A stretch of DNA of 64,000 nucleotides from an uncultured Thermoleophilia bacterium (GCA_963793605.1 CAWCAH010000003.1:95534-159533); one strand, 5' to 3'; counted from the stretch's first letter, positions 27,606 to 38,198 are shown. Notes: a model not told the origin generated them from the sequence alone. Program-made: numbers and translations.

Positions 27606-28562
27606 TCAGCAACTGCTCGTCTCGCCCGTCGCGCGCGGCATGGACTCGAGGTACTCCTCGAGAGTCTCGGGGAATCCCGGGGCTCGCAGGTCGGTGCCGC
27701 AAGCCTCCTCGAGGAGCTTCGCGACCATGGCGTACTCGGCCGCGCCGCCGTAGCGGGCGCGGCCGCGGATGAACAGCTGCTCGGCGGTGCCGGCGATGTC
27801 CAGCGGCACGTCGAGGTCGCGGCCGAGCATCATGGCCACGCCGAGGTCCTTGAGGCACAGGTCGAACGAGAAGCCGACATCGTAGCTGCCGCCGAGGATG
27901 GTCGTGCTCTCCGTCTCGAGGATGAAGCTGTCGCCGGAGCTCGCGCGCAGGATCTCCCACGCCAGTCGCAGGTCGATGCCGCTCCGCTTGCACAGCATGA
28001 GCGCCTCCGCCGACGCCGCGATGTGGATGAAGGCCAGCATGTTGGACACGACCTTGATGCTCGACGCCTTGCCCAGTGCGCCCACGTAGAAGACGCTGCC
28101 GCCGACGGCGCGGAACACGCCCTCGTAGGTCCGGAAGACGGCCTCGTCGCCGCCGACGAGCACGGTGATCGTCCCGGAGGCGGCATTGTGCACACCGCCC
28201 GTGACCGGCGCCTCGAGCGTGTGGACGCCGCGCTCGTCCAGCAAGCCGCTGAGACGCTGCAGCTCACGCGGGTCGTTGGTGCTCATCTCGATCCACGCGG
28301 CGCCCGGCGCGAACCCCTCGAGCAGGCCGTTCGCGCCGGTGACGACGTCGGCGACCGCGGCGACGGACGGCAGACAGGTGATGACGGCGTCCGAGGCGCG
28401 GGCGGTCGCGGCCGGCGACGAGGCCCACTCCGCGCCCGACTCCAGGAGCCCCCCGGCCGCCTCACGGTCGAGGTCGTGGACGGTGACGTCGAACCCGGCG
28501 GACAGCAGATTCGCGGCAAGGTGGTGCCCGATGTGCCCAAGGCCGATGCAGCCGATCCTCAT
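27606..28562 (-). CDS. NAD(P)-dependent 3-hydroxyacid dehydrogenase (HIBADH/6PGDH-like family)
   Basis: MRIGCIGLGHIGHHLAANL Rossmann N-terminus. ...LEAPVTGGVHNAASGTITVLVGG...GKASSIKVVSNML is typical of the family. Confidence 0.85.
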   Translation of the reverse strand: MRIGCIGLGHIGHHLAANLLSAGFDVTVHDLDREAAGGLLESGAEWASSPAATARASDAVITCLPSVAAVADVVTGANGLLEGFAPGAAWIEMSTNDPRELQRLSGLLDERGVHTLEAPVTGGVHNAASGTITVLVGGDEAVFRTYEGVFRAVGGSVFYVGALGKASSIKVVSNMLAFIHIAASAEALMLCKRSGIDLRLAWEILRASSGDSFILETESTTILGGSYDVGFSFDLCLKDLGVAMMLGRDLDVPLDIAGTAEQLFIRGRARYGGAAEYAMVAKLLEEACGTDLRAPGFPETLEEYLESMPRATGETSSC

Positions 28563-29077
28563 GGCGTCACGTCCTGAAGCGGCTCCACACCGACGTCCTC
28601 GCCCGCCCACTCGAAGTTGGTCGTGTCCGTGCGCAGGATGTGCCAGGTGTCTGTGTACGCGATGCCCTCGATCTGGTCGAGGTCCTCGTTGAGGAACCTG
28701 TAGAGAGCCTCGTTGTCGGGCAGGTGCACCTCGATGAGGATGTCGAAGGAGCCCGTGGTGTAGCCGATGTAGGCTATGTTCTTCATGGCCGCAAGGCGCT
28801 CGCCCACGCCCCTGCCGTACCCGCGGTTCACGCGGATGCCGACCATCGCGTCCACGGGCAGACCGATCGCCGCCGGGTTCACGCCGGTCCAGGGCAGCAC
28901 GGCTCCCCGCTTGATGAGACGGTCCACACGATTGCGGACCGTCGGCTCCGTGACGCCGATGGAGCGCGCGATGCTGGCGTAGGACCGGCGCGCATTGGGC
29001 CGCAGCAGCTTGAGGATGCGGCGGTCCAGGTCGTCCAGCCGGCTCGTTCCGAAGGGCGCCTGCCCCCATCTGATCAT
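28559..29077 (-). CDS. Lrp/AsnC family transcriptional regulator
   Basis: LDDLDRRILKLLRPNARRSYASIARSIGVTEPTVRNRVDRL HTH followed by an RAM-type domain. ATGA overlap with the downstream dehydrogenase. Confidence 0.85.
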   Translation of the reverse strand: MIRWGQAPFGTSRLDDLDRRILKLLRPNARRSYASIARSIGVTEPTVRNRVDRLIKRGAVLPWTGVNPAAIGLPVDAMVGIRVNRGYGRGVGERLAAMKNIAYIGYTTGSFDILIEVHLPDNEALYRFLNEDLDQIEGIAYTDTWHILRTDTTNFEWAGEDVGVEPLQDVTP

Positions 29078-29154
29078 CGGCCCTCCTGGTCTCGCGACGA
29101 TCGTCGTTGCGGTGATCGCGACGCGGTGAAGCGCCGTGCGACACTGTAGCATTT

Positions 29155-29180
29155 CAACGCATTATCCGGATTCTGCGTTG
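29155..29180. promoter_or_regulatory. 26-bp near-perfect palindrome CAACGCATTATCCGGATTCTGCGTTG in the lrp / MttB divergent spacer
   Basis: 11 of 13 positions pair. Located between the divergently transcribed Lrp gene (29077) and MttB paralog (29320). Confidence 0.45.
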
Positions 29181-29319
29181 AGAAGCAACGGTGTCTTGGC
29201 GATTCCGCCTTGCGAAACACTGCTTCACAGTCTACAGTGCCCCGGAAACGTGCGGCCGGGCGTCGGACTCCCCGCACGATACGCGCCCCACGAGGGCCCA
29301 CACGAACGGCGAGGGATCC

Positions 29320-30768
29320 ATGAGAGCGAAGACGGTGTGGCTGAGCGAGTCGGAGAAGAGTGCGATCGTCGACGAGGCTCTGGAGTTGCTCGCCGGCGTC
29401 GGCATCCGGCTCGCGGGGTCGTCGGTGCTGCCGCTGCTGTCGGAGCGCGGCGCCACGGTCGACACGGAGACCGGTATCGCGCGCCTGCCGCGCGAGCTCG
29501 TCGAGTGGGCGCTCTCACAATGCCCGCGCGCGGTCCGGCTGGCCGGCGCGACGCCCGACGACGACGTGCTGCTGGCGGAGGGCGAGCCCTTCCACTTCGC
29601 GAACAGCGGCTGCGTCGCCAAGACGCTCGACTTCCGCACCGGCGTCAGACGCGCCAGCACCCTGCAGGACCTGCGCGAGGGCACAGGCCTCCTCGACGAG
29701 CTGTCCGAGCTCGACGTGGTGTGGACCATCGTGAGCGCGTCCGACGTGCCCGTCGAGCAGCGCGAGCTCGTCGAGTACTTCGCGCTGCTCACCGAGACGA
29801 CCAAGCACGTCACCTTCGTGGACCCGCCGGACGACCCGGTCGCGGTCGGCCGCATCTGCGAGGTGCTCGGCGGCGACCTCGTCCGGTTCCGGGAGCGGCC
29901 GAGGATCTCGACCGTGCTCACGGCGGCGTCTCCCCTGCAGATCGACGGCCCCGCACTGGACATCCACATCGCCCTGGCCCGTCACGGTGTGCCCGTCCAC
30001 GCGTACTCCATGTCCATCGCCGGCGCCACCTCGCCGGTGACCCTGGCAGGGTCGGTCGTGCAGGGCGTGGCCGAGTTCCTGGGAGCCGCGACGGCGCTGC
30101 AGGTCGCGGCGCCCGGCGCCCGCCTCATCTTCTGTTTCGGCTCGGGTGTGCTGGACATGCTGCGCACGACGTTCTCCATGGGCAACATCGAGAGCGCGCA
30201 GATGGGCGCCATGGCCACCGAGGTCGGTCACTACCTCGGCGTGCCGACGCTCAACCCGGGGATGTCGACGGACGCAAAGCACGCCGGCCTGCAGGCGGGC
30301 TACGAGAAGGCCCTGAAGCTCGGCGCGGTCTGCACGGCGAGTCCGGACATCGTCACCGGGTGGGGGCTGATGGACTCGCACAACACCATGTTCCTGCCGC
30401 AGTCGGTGGTGGACAACGAGATGGCGGCCATGGTCCGGCGGCTCAACGCCGAGGTCGAGGTGTCTCACACCACGCTGGCGGCCGACTCTATCGGCAGGGT
30501 GGGTCCGGGCGGAGGGTTCCTCGGCGAGCGCGAGACCGCCAAGCGGATCCGGGCCGGGGAGCACTACCTGCCGACGGTGTCGAACCGCCTGTCCTTCGAG
30601 AAGTGGGCGGAGGAGGGCGCGACCGAGAACGACACCGCAGAGGCCCAGGTCGAGAGCCTTCTCGCCCGGCACCTGGAGCAGCCCTGTCTGGCTGCGGACC
30701 AGATCGACGACCTCGCCGCGGTCTGCGGCGTCGACGAGGCCAGCGTGCGCCGCGCCCGGCGCGACTGA
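29320..30768 (+). CDS. MttB-superfamily methyltransferase, non-pyrrolysine paralog
   Basis: 482 aa, collinear with the MttB family. Ser occupies the Pyl-equivalent position (NPGM-S-TDAKHAGLQAG). Confidence 0.85.
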   Translation: MRAKTVWLSESEKSAIVDEALELLAGVGIRLAGSSVLPLLSERGATVDTETGIARLPRELVEWALSQCPRAVRLAGATPDDDVLLAEGEPFHFANSGCVAKTLDFRTGVRRASTLQDLREGTGLLDELSELDVVWTIVSASDVPVEQRELVEYFALLTETTKHVTFVDPPDDPVAVGRICEVLGGDLVRFRERPRISTVLTAASPLQIDGPALDIHIALARHGVPVHAYSMSIAGATSPVTLAGSVVQGVAEFLGAATALQVAAPGARLIFCFGSGVLDMLRTTFSMGNIESAQMGAMATEVGHYLGVPTLNPGMSTDAKHAGLQAGYEKALKLGAVCTASPDIVTGWGLMDSHNTMFLPQSVVDNEMAAMVRRLNAEVEVSHTTLAADSIGRVGPGGGFLGERETAKRIRAGEHYLPTVSNRLSFEKWAEEGATENDTAEAQVESLLARHLEQPCLAADQIDDLAAVCGVDEASVRRARRD

Positions 30769-30822
30769 CGCGGCGCTCCGGCACACGCATCACAGCAGCA
30801 CATCCCTGGGAACGGAGGACAC

Positions 30823-31743
30823 ATGACGCTCAAGATCGGCTACATCGGGCTCGGCGCCCTCGGCAGGCACCTCGCGGGAAGCCTGCTCAAGGCCGGCTTC
30901 CCTGTGACCGTCTACGACATCGACAGGACATGCGCCATCGACCTGGAGAAGAACGGCGCCGTGTGCGCCGACTCCATCCTGGACGTGGCCCGGGCATCCG
31001 ACACCGTCATCACGTGCCTGCCGTCGCCCGAGGCGGTCGACGCCGTCGTGGGCGGCGCCGGCGGCGTGCTGGACGGCCTGGCCGCAGGCAGCACCTGGAT
31101 CGAGATGAGCACCAACGACGCGAGCAACATCCAGCGACTCGCGGCGCAGGGCGCCGAGAAGGGCATCGACACGCTCGAGTCGCCGGTCACGGGCGGCGTG
31201 CATCGCGCTGCCGCCGGCATGATCACCGTCCTCGTCGGCGGCAAGCCGGAGGTGTTCGAGAAGCACAAGCCGGCCTTCGACGCCATGGGCGGCAAGGTCT
31301 TCTACGTCGGCGAGCTTGGCAAGGCCTCGGTGATCAAGGTCATCACCAACATGCTCGCCTTCATCCACCTGGTGGCCGACGGCGAGGCGCTCATGCTGGC
31401 CAAGAAGGGCGGCGTCGACCTCGGGCTGGCCTGGGAGATCATCAAGGCCAGCTCCGGCAACAGCTTCGTGCACGAGACCGAGGGTCAGCTGATCCTCAAC
31501 GGCAGCTACAACATCAACTTCACCATGGACCTGGCCCGCAAGGACCTGCACTTCGCGCACATGATGGGTCGCGAGTGGGGCGTTCCTCTGGACCTCGCCG
31601 GCCTCACCGAGCAGACCTTCGTGCGCGGCCGTGCCACCTACGGCGGCGACGCGCAGTCGACGATGATCGTCAAGCTCCTCGAGGACGCCGTCGGTACCGA
31701 CCTCCGCGCCCCCGGGTTCCCCGACGAGCTCGAGCCCGAGTGA
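30823..31743 (+). CDS. NAD(P)-dependent 3-hydroxyacid dehydrogenase (HIBADH-like), paralog of 27606-28562
   Basis: 306 aa. About half of its residues are identical to the 27606-28562 product by eye (IGYIGLGALGRHLA..., ESPVTGGVHRAAAGMITVLVGG, GKASVIKVITNMLAFIH). Confidence 0.85.
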   Translation: MTLKIGYIGLGALGRHLAGSLLKAGFPVTVYDIDRTCAIDLEKNGAVCADSILDVARASDTVITCLPSPEAVDAVVGGAGGVLDGLAAGSTWIEMSTNDASNIQRLAAQGAEKGIDTLESPVTGGVHRAAAGMITVLVGGKPEVFEKHKPAFDAMGGKVFYVGELGKASVIKVITNMLAFIHLVADGEALMLAKKGGVDLGLAWEIIKASSGNSFVHETEGQLILNGSYNINFTMDLARKDLHFAHMMGREWGVPLDLAGLTEQTFVRGRATYGGDAQSTMIVKLLEDAVGTDLRAPGFPDELEPE

Positions 31744-31886
31744 GATAGCGTCGGCGCCCAGCGCGCCAGAAATACAGCGAGCGAGCCGCCCGGCGGTACA
31801 ATGTTCGCCGGGCGGCTTGACTTGACGAACAACCGGCCGAATACTGCGGGCCCGAAGGCCCGCGGACAGCACCAAAGGAGACACCC

Positions 31887-32667
31887 GTGACCGAGATCGG
31901 CGACTTCGCGCTGGACTACTTCTCCCTCAAGGGGACGCACTGCCATCGTCACCGGCGGCAACACGGGTCTCGGCCAGGCGTTCGCGGTGGCGCTCGCGGC
32001 CGCCGGGGCCAACCTCTTCGTGCCCAGCATCATGGACGACGACGGCACCACCGGCCCCCTGGTAGAGGAGCGCGGCGGCCGCTACGAGTTCGTCAAGGCC
32101 GACGTGACCGCGCCGGGCGCCCCGGCCGAGATCGTCGCCGCGTGCGTCGAGCGGCTCGGCTCGCTCGACATCCTCGTCAACAGCGCCGGCATCTGCCCGC
32201 TGGCGAGCGTGCTCGAGTTCGGCCGCGCGCAGTGGGACGCCACCGTGGCCGTGAACCTCACGGCCGCCTTCGAGATGGCCTACGAGTCCGCCAAGGTCAT
32301 GGTCCCGCAGGGCTCCGGCAAGATCATCAACATCTGCTCGCTGTTCTCGTTCCTGGGCGGCCGCTGGTCGTCCGCGTACGCGGCCACCAAGCATGGTCTG
32401 GCCGGCTTCACCAAGGCCTACGCCGACGAGCTGGCCGAGTCCGGCATCCAGGTCAACGGCATCGCGCCCGGCTACTACGCCACGGAGATCACGACGGCCA
32501 CACGCAGCGACCCGGTGACCAACCAGCGCGTGCTGGACCACATCCCGGCCGCGCGCTGGGGCGACCCCGCCGACCTCATGGGCGCCACCGTGTTCCTGGC
32601 GAGCAAGGCCTCCGACTACGTCAACGGCCACGTCCTGACCGTCGACGGCGGCTACCTCGTCCGCTAG
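31887..32667 (+). CDS. Short-chain dehydrogenase/reductase (KduD/FabG-like); one frame break near 31935
   Basis: GTG 31887 follows AAAGGAG. VTEIGDFALDYFSLKG is followed, after one extra base, by RTAIVTGGNTGLGQAFAVALAAAGA (TGxxxGxG), then NSAG, YAATKHGL (YxxxK) and PGYYATE. TAG stop. Confidence 0.8.
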
Positions 32668-32685
32668 GGCGGGGAGGATACGGAC

Positions 32686-34116
32686 ATGGCCGGCAAGTAC
32701 CTCATCGGCATCGACAACGGCACGCAGAGCACCAAGGTGGTCATCTACGACCTCGACGGCAACGTGGTCTGCGAGGCACGGCGCACGCTGCTCCCCATGG
32801 AGCACCCCCAGCCGGGGTACGCGGTCCACCCCGACGACGACCTCTGGGAGTCCATCGTCGCGGCCAGCCGCGAGGCGATGACGCAGTTCCCCGGCGACCC
32901 CGAGGACATCCTCGGCGTCGGACTGTGCACCATCCGCTGCTGCAAGACGTTCCTCAAGGCCGACGGCAGCCTGCTCGAGCCCGTCATGAGCTGGATGGAC
33001 ACGCGCGCCTACCAGCCCTGGCTCCCGGACGACCCCGAGCTCGCCTGGGCCACCACCTCGTCCGGCTACATCACCCACCGGTTCACCGGGGAGTTCCGCG
33101 ACAGCGCCGCCAACAACATCATCCTGCAGTGGCCCATCGACACCGACACGTGGCAGTGGGACCCGGCGCTGTTCCCGGAGTTCAACATGCGCCCGGAGCT
33201 GCTCGTGGAACTGCAGATGCCGGGCGACGTCGCCGGGTACGTCACGGCGGAGGCGGCGGCCGCGACCGGCATCCCGGAGGGCCTGCCGGTCGTCACCACC
33301 GCCAACGACAAGGCCGTCGAGGCGCTCGGCTCCGGCTCGCTCGACGAGCGCACGGCGCTCATCTCCCTGGGCACCTACATCGCCTCCATGGTGCACGGCC
33401 ACAAGAACCGTCAGGACGCGGTCGACTTCTGGACCAACTTCGCCTGCGTCCCGAGCCGCTACCTCTACGAGAGCGGCGGCGTGCGCCGCGGCATGTGGAC
33501 GCTCAGCTGGTTCCTCGACCTGCTCGGGCCGGAGCTCGCCGCGGCCGCGGCGAGCCAGGAGACCTCGCGCGAGGTGTACCTGGAGCGCGAGGCCGAGCTG
33601 GTCCCCGCAGGGAGTTGCGGCCTCATGACGGTGCTGGACTGGCTCGCCCCGACGGACAAGCCCTTCCGCAAGGGCGAGATCATCGGCTTCGACGCGCGCC
33701 ACACCCGGGGCCATGTCTACCGGTCCATCCTCGAGGCGATCGCCCTGACGATGAAGCAGAACGTGGACGCCATGTGCGCCGAGCTGGGCATCGACCTGCG
33801 CGAGATCGTCGTCTCCGGCGGCGGCGCCAACAGCCCGCTCTTCATGCACATCTTCGCCGACGTGTTCGGCGTGCCGGCCTCGCGCAACATCGGCAGCAGC
33901 GGCGCCAGCCTGGGCGCCGCCATCTGCGCCGCCGTCGCCACCGGCGTGTACCCGGACTTCGAGACCGCCTCGGCCGCCATGCGCAGCAGCCGCGAGTCGT
34001 TCGCCCCGGGGCTCGAGAACCACGACGTGTACCGGCGCATGAACGAGAGCGTGTACCGCGCCATCCACGACGCCACCGACCCCATTCTCGAGCAGTCCTT
34101 CACCATCTTCCACTGA
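32686..34116 (+). CDS. FGGY-family carbohydrate kinase (xylulokinase/glycerol kinase-like)
   Basis: 476 aa. YLIGIDNGTQSTKVVIYD N-terminal phosphate-1 motif and the C-terminal VSGGGANSPLFMHIFADVFG motif. Confidence 0.85.
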   Translation: MAGKYLIGIDNGTQSTKVVIYDLDGNVVCEARRTLLPMEHPQPGYAVHPDDDLWESIVAASREAMTQFPGDPEDILGVGLCTIRCCKTFLKADGSLLEPVMSWMDTRAYQPWLPDDPELAWATTSSGYITHRFTGEFRDSAANNIILQWPIDTDTWQWDPALFPEFNMRPELLVELQMPGDVAGYVTAEAAAATGIPEGLPVVTTANDKAVEALGSGSLDERTALISLGTYIASMVHGHKNRQDAVDFWTNFACVPSRYLYESGGVRRGMWTLSWFLDLLGPELAAAAASQETSREVYLEREAELVPAGSCGLMTVLDWLAPTDKPFRKGEIIGFDARHTRGHVYRSILEAIALTMKQNVDAMCAELGIDLREIVVSGGGANSPLFMHIFADVFGVPASRNIGSSGASLGAAICAAVATGVYPDFETASAAMRSSRESFAPGLENHDVYRRMNESVYRAIHDATDPILEQSFTIFH

Positions 34117-34153
34117 CTTCCAGACCCCCACGGACACGCAAAGGAAGCCCGCC

Positions 34154-35597
34154 ATGTCATTGAGCAGAGAAGCCATCGTCGAGGGCCTTGAGCGGCATCG
34201 TGGGTCCGGACGCAGTGGTCACCGACGAGCGCGTGCTCGTCGAGAGCAGCGTGGACAACTTCCGCAAGCTGCAGAACATCTTCGACGTGCACACCCTGCC
34301 GGTACCTGCGGCGGTGGCGATGCCCGAGAACGCCGAGCAGGTCGCCGCGGTCCTCACCTGGGCGAGCGGGAACGGCGTCAACGTCATCCCGAGGACGGGA
34401 GGCACGGCGACCGAGGGCGGGCTCGAGAGCGCCGTGCCCGACAGCGTCATCATCGACGGGTCGGCGATGAACAAGATCGTCAGCGTCGACGCGTACAACA
34501 TGCAGGCGACCGCCCAGTGCGGCGTGCCGCTGCAGGCGCTCGAGGACGCGGCTCGCGAGCACGGGCTCACGACCGGCCACTCGCCGCAGTCCAAGCCGGT
34601 CGCCCATATGGGCGGCCTCGTGGCCACGCGCAGCATCGGCCAGTTCTCGACGCTGTACGGCGGCATCGAGGACATGGTCGTCGGCCTCGAGGCCGTCTTC
34701 CCCAACGGCGAGATCTGCCGCATCAAGAACGTGCCGCGGCGCGCCGCCGGCCCCGACATCCGCCACATCGCCATCGGCAACGAGGGCGCGCTCTGCTTCA
34801 TCACCGAGGTGACGGTCAAGCTCTTCCCGTACTTCCCCGAGAGCAACAGGTTCCTGGGCTGGACCTTGAAGGACATGGGTCTCGGCTTCGAGGTGCTCCG
34901 CGAGGTCATGGTGGGCGGCTACAAGCCGTCGGTGGCGCGGGTCTACGACCCGGGCGACGCCGGCCTCCACTTCTCGCACTTCGCCGCGCCGGACGACTGC
35001 GTGCTGCTGTTCATGGCCGAGGGCGCCGAAGGCATCGCCAAGGCCACGGCCGAGGGCATCCAGGCGATCGTCGACAAGCACCCCGAGTGCACGCAGGTGC
35101 CGAGCGAGTACATCGAGACCTGGTTCAACGACCTCTGCTGGGACGCGAGCAAGATCATCGCCGAGGACGAGCGCATCCGCCAGACGCACAACGTCAACCG
35201 CACTACGGAGATCAGCGCCGACTGGAGCTCCATCAACGACATCTACCAGACGGCGAAGCAGCGCATCATCGACGAGATCCCCGACATCACGATGATGGGC
35301 GGCCACTCCTCCCACAGCTACATCAACGGCACCAACATGTACTTCAACTACTTCTTCAACGTGGTCGGCGTGGGGCCCGAGGAGGAGACCGAGAAGTACT
35401 ACCTGCCGATCATCAGCATCATCTGCGAGGAGACGCTCCGGCGCGGCGGCAGCATCGTCCACCACCATGGCATGGGCAAGGCGCGGGCGCCGTGGGTCAA
35501 GGACGAGTACGGCTCGAGCTACTACATGCTCGAGACGCTGAAGACCGCGTTCGACCCCGAGGGCGTCATGAACGTGGGGACGATCTTCCCGGTCTGA
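34154..35597 (+). CDS. FAD-linked oxidase (GlcD / alkyl-DHAP-synthase-like); one frame break near 34187
   Basis: MSLSREAIVEG in the ATG 34154 frame continues as LSGIVGPDAVVTDERVL in the track ORF 34188..35597 frame. FAD-binding PCMH motifs VIPRTGGTATEGG and GGLVATRSIGQFSTLYGGIEDMV. Confidence 0.8.
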
Positions 35598-35700
35598 CGC
35601 CGACGTAGGATGGAGCCGGGCCGGCCGACGGCCGGCCCGTGAGCACCGCCGGCGCGCTCATCGTCCACCGGCGGCCCATGCCCGCAAGCGAGGAGCGCGG

Positions 35701-36573
35701 ATGCGGATCGCCGTCGGCTTCAAGGTCACGCCCGACTTCGAGGCGCTGCGCGCCGCGGACTGGGCGCGCGTGGCCGCGGCCGAGGGCCCGGAGGGCCGCG
35801 CCGCGGCCACCCGCTACGTGCGCCGCGTTCTCGGCGTGTTCGACGAGGCCGCGCTGGAGCTCGCGCTGCGCCTGCGCGACGCGCGCGCGGAGCGCGGCGT
35901 GGAGACCAGCCTCGCGGCGTTCACCGTCGGCGGCCGCGAGGCCGACCCGTTCCTGACCACGCTGCAGGCGCTGGGGTTCGAGTGCGCGCGGGTGGATCCC
36001 GGCGAGCCGGAGCCGCTTGCGGGTCAACCTGCCGGCGCACCTGGCGGCAGCCTCGACTTCGCGCCCGCGGCGACGGCCGCGCTGGTCGCCGCCTGCGCGG
36101 CGCGTCTGGGCGCGGACGTCCTGCTTCTGGGCGCCCGCGGGGGCCCCGGCGGCGGCGGGACGGTCCCGTTCAGGGCCGCGGAGGCGCTCGGCCACCCCTG
36201 CGTGGCCGAGGTCACTTCGCTGGAGCCGGCCGGCGACCGGCTGCGCGTGACGTTCACGGACGACGACGGCCCGGTCCGCGCCGTCGCGGTCCCGCCGTGC
36301 GTGCTGGCCGTCGGCAACGCCGTCGTCTCCATGCTCCGCGTGCCGACGCTCAAGGACCGGCTGGCGGCGCGCGGCAGGCCGGTCGCCGAGCTCACTGCCG
36401 GCGACCTCGGCGTGGATCTCGAGGCTCTGCTGCGCGGTGCGTCGTCCGCAATGACGCGCCTCGAGACGGTCGACCGCGGGCGCGCCGGCGTCGTCGTGCC
36501 CGGCGCGACGCCGGCGGACAAGGCGCGCGCGCTGTACGACCAGCACCTGCGCGCGCGTCTGGAGCAGCTGTGA
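35701..36573 (+). CDS. etfB: Electron transfer flavoprotein beta-subunit-like protein (divergent)
   Basis: MRIAVGFKVTPDF...VFDEAALELALRL...LLLGARG and the position before an EtfA-like gene. Confidence 0.6.
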   Translation: MRIAVGFKVTPDFEALRAADWARVAAAEGPEGRAAATRYVRRVLGVFDEAALELALRLRDARAERGVETSLAAFTVGGREADPFLTTLQALGFECARVDPGEPEPLAGQPAGAPGGSLDFAPAATAALVAACAARLGADVLLLGARGGPGGGGTVPFRAAEALGHPCVAEVTSLEPAGDRLRVTFTDDDGPVRAVAVPPCVLAVGNAVVSMLRVPTLKDRLAARGRPVAELTAGDLGVDLEALLRGASSAMTRLETVDRGRAGVVVPGATPADKARALYDQHLRARLEQL

Positions 36574-37552
36574 CGGCCGCCGCCACTCTCCGCGTCGCGG
36601 TCGTCCTCGACGCCACCGGAGCCACCGCCGAGCGGCACGCGCGGGCGCTCGGCGGCTTCCTCCGCGACGGGCTGACGGTCGCCGACGGCGTCACACCCGC
36701 GGCCGTCACCCACCTCTTCTGCATCCACGGCGCGGGCACGGGGCACGTGCCGGCAGCGCCCTCCCGGGACGTGCGGCTCGTCCACGTGCCGCCGCACCGC
36801 CCGGACATCGTCACCGCCGCCCTCTCCGCCTTCCAGATCGGCGGCGGCGCCGACCTCTTCCTCTTCCCGCCGGGTCCGGGCGGCAGAGAGCTCGCCGCGC
36901 GCGTCGCCGCGCGCACCGGCGGGTCGATGCTCACGGACGTCCTCTCGGCCGCCGCCGTGGGTGGTGGCCTGCGCTGCCGCCGGACCGCGTATGCCGGGCA
37001 CCTCGCCGGCGAGTGGGAGCTGGGCCCGCGCCCCTGGTGCATCACGCTCGACGCGGGCTGGGCCGACAGTCGCCCGGAGCCGCCGGAAGAGCACGCCGTG
37101 CAGACGGAGGCGGAGCTCCTCGAGGACGACGTCTCCGTGCCGCCGCCGCTGCTCGAGGTCGAACGGCTGGAGCCGCCGCCGACCGGCGACCTGGAGGCGG
37201 CGGAGTTCCTCGTCGTCGCCGGCCGCGGCGCAGGCAGCCGCGACGGCGTGGGGCGCATCGCCGTCGCCGCCGCGCGCATGGGCGCCGCCTTCGGCGTCAC
37301 CCGGCCGGTGGTGATGAACGGCTGGGCCGGCGCCGACCGCCAGATCGGCGTCTCCGGCACGCGCGCCGCCCCGGCCGTCTGCATCGTCGCCGGGGCCTCC
37401 GGTGCGCCCGCGTTCGTGTGGGGCGTCGAGCGCGCCGGCTTCATCGCCGCCGTCGACACCGACGACCACGCGCCCGTCGCCGGCGAGTCCGACGCCTTCT
37501 CGTCGGCGACGCCGTCGCCGTCATCGAGGCGCTCGCCGACCTCCTGGACTAG
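36570..37552 (+). CDS. etfA: Electron transfer flavoprotein alpha-subunit-like protein (divergent); one frame break near 37499
   Basis: GTGA overlap with etfB. C-terminal FAD domain: FLVVAGRGAGSRDG...RPVVMNGWAGADRQIGVSGTRAAPAVCIVAGASGAPAFVWGV...AVDTDDHAPV. The last 18 aa (VGDAVAVIEALADLLD) are in another frame. TAG stop. Confidence 0.6.
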
Positions 37553-37733
37553 GTCTCCGATCAAGCCTATCTCCGTACGGACGGGCTCCCGTGCGCACAA
37601 TCCGAATCGTTTCGTGCCACTATGCGGCAGATTGTTCACTTCTGCGCTTGACTGAGCGAACATCAGACTGAATACTCCGGAGTCGATCGCCGCGACCAGC
37701 CGGCGGCGCACCACGGCTCCCGGAGGGGGAAGC

Positions 37734-38198
37734 GTGGACCAGCTCGACCGAGAAGTCCTCCTTGCGCTGCAGGAGGACGGACGCATGTCCAACCTCGCGC
37801 TCGCGCGCAAGCTCGGGCTCTCCCCGTCCGCCATGCTCGGCCGCGTCCGCCGCCTCGAGAAGAGCGGCGCCATCCGCGGCTACCGCGCCGTCATCGACCC
37901 GGCCGCCCTGGACATCACCGTGCGCGCGCTGGTCGTCGCCCGTCTGCGCGAGCACAGCGAGGAGTCCATCCAGAGGTTCGAGAAGGGCATCAAGGATGTG
38001 CCCGGCGTGCGCGCCTGCTACCACGTCACCGGGCAGTTCGACATGGTCGTGGAGCTCGCCCTGCGCGACCTCGACCACCTCGGGCAGCTCATCCGCGTGG
38101 ACATCGCCCGCATCCCGGGCGTCATGAATCTCGAGACCATGCTCATCATGGCCGAGTCCGTCGAAGACGACGGCTGGCCCGTCGTCACCAAAGAGTAG
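37734..38198 (+). CDS. Lrp/AsnC family transcriptional regulator
   Basis: 154 aa. LDREVLLALQEDGRMSNLALARKLGLSPSAMLGRVRRLEKSGAI HTH. TAG stop. Confidence 0.85.
   Translation: MDQLDREVLLALQEDGRMSNLALARKLGLSPSAMLGRVRRLEKSGAIRGYRAVIDPAALDITVRALVVARLREHSEESIQRFEKGIKDVPGVRACYHVTGQFDMVVELALRDLDHLGQLIRVDIARIPGVMNLETMLIMAESVEDDGWPVVTKE

Noticed and set aside
29142-29239. 8-bp inverted repeat CACTGTAG (29142-29149) / CTACAGTG (29232-29239) flanking the 26-bp palindrome
   Set aside because: It is short, the arms are 82 nt apart, and there is no second occurrence. It may be chance and is reported only as context for the palindrome.
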